From: Camelus ferus
Taxonomy: Eukaryota
Assembly (NCBI RefSeq): GCF_009834535.1
Contig: NC_045697.1
Coordinates: 66,652,001-66,716,000, forward strand
Reading direction: 5' to 3'
Length of the DNA stretch: 64,000 nt
The position numbers and the translations under genes are program-made. This document shows positions 63,864-64,000 of this stretch, in pieces. How positions within the stretch are numbered: the stretch's first letter is position 1; each line of letters begins with the position of its first letter. The notes under the pieces are model-generated. The model saw only the letters and a program-made list of their open reading frames with translations, was not told the DNA's origin and ran no database searches.

Positions 63864-64000
63864 TGTTATCTCTAGCCGCATAATGAATTATTCCAATCCA
63901 AAGTGGCTTAAACCTGCAACAGCTATTCTCTCAGTTTTTGTGGGTCAGGAATGTGTATAGGGTTTGGCTGTTTGCTTCCGGCTTTCATGCGTTTTGCAGT
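63864..64000 (-). mobile_element. MLT1 (F/G/H-like) LTR, truncated by the window end
   Basis: 'gcataatgaattattcc...agtggcttaaac...ctctcagtttttgtgggtcaggaat'. Confidence 0.65.

Overview
AT-rich eutherian genomic DNA. It is almost certainly camelid, because it carries a Vic-1-type tRNA-Ala-derived SINE at 61041-61130 and artiodactyl-type L1 3' ends. I found no recognisable host protein-coding exon, RNA gene, CRISPR array or prokaryotic content. The supplied ORFs are either decayed L1 ORF2 or Tigger1 transposase fragments, or chance ORFs. The window is a mosaic of old interspersed repeats (L1, L2, MIR, MLT1 LTRs, hAT and Tigger DNA transposons) separated by repeat-poor unique blocks, and it looks like part of a very large intron. 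The most notable structures are: a near full-length Tigger1; two 5'-inverted (twin-primed) L1 insertions with target-site duplications, one carrying two further nested insertions; a perfect 69-bp tandem duplication; and a few unverified small-exon and enhancer candidates. I found no supportable novel biological system. Repeat subfamily names come from recalled consensus sequences, and most boundaries are approximate.
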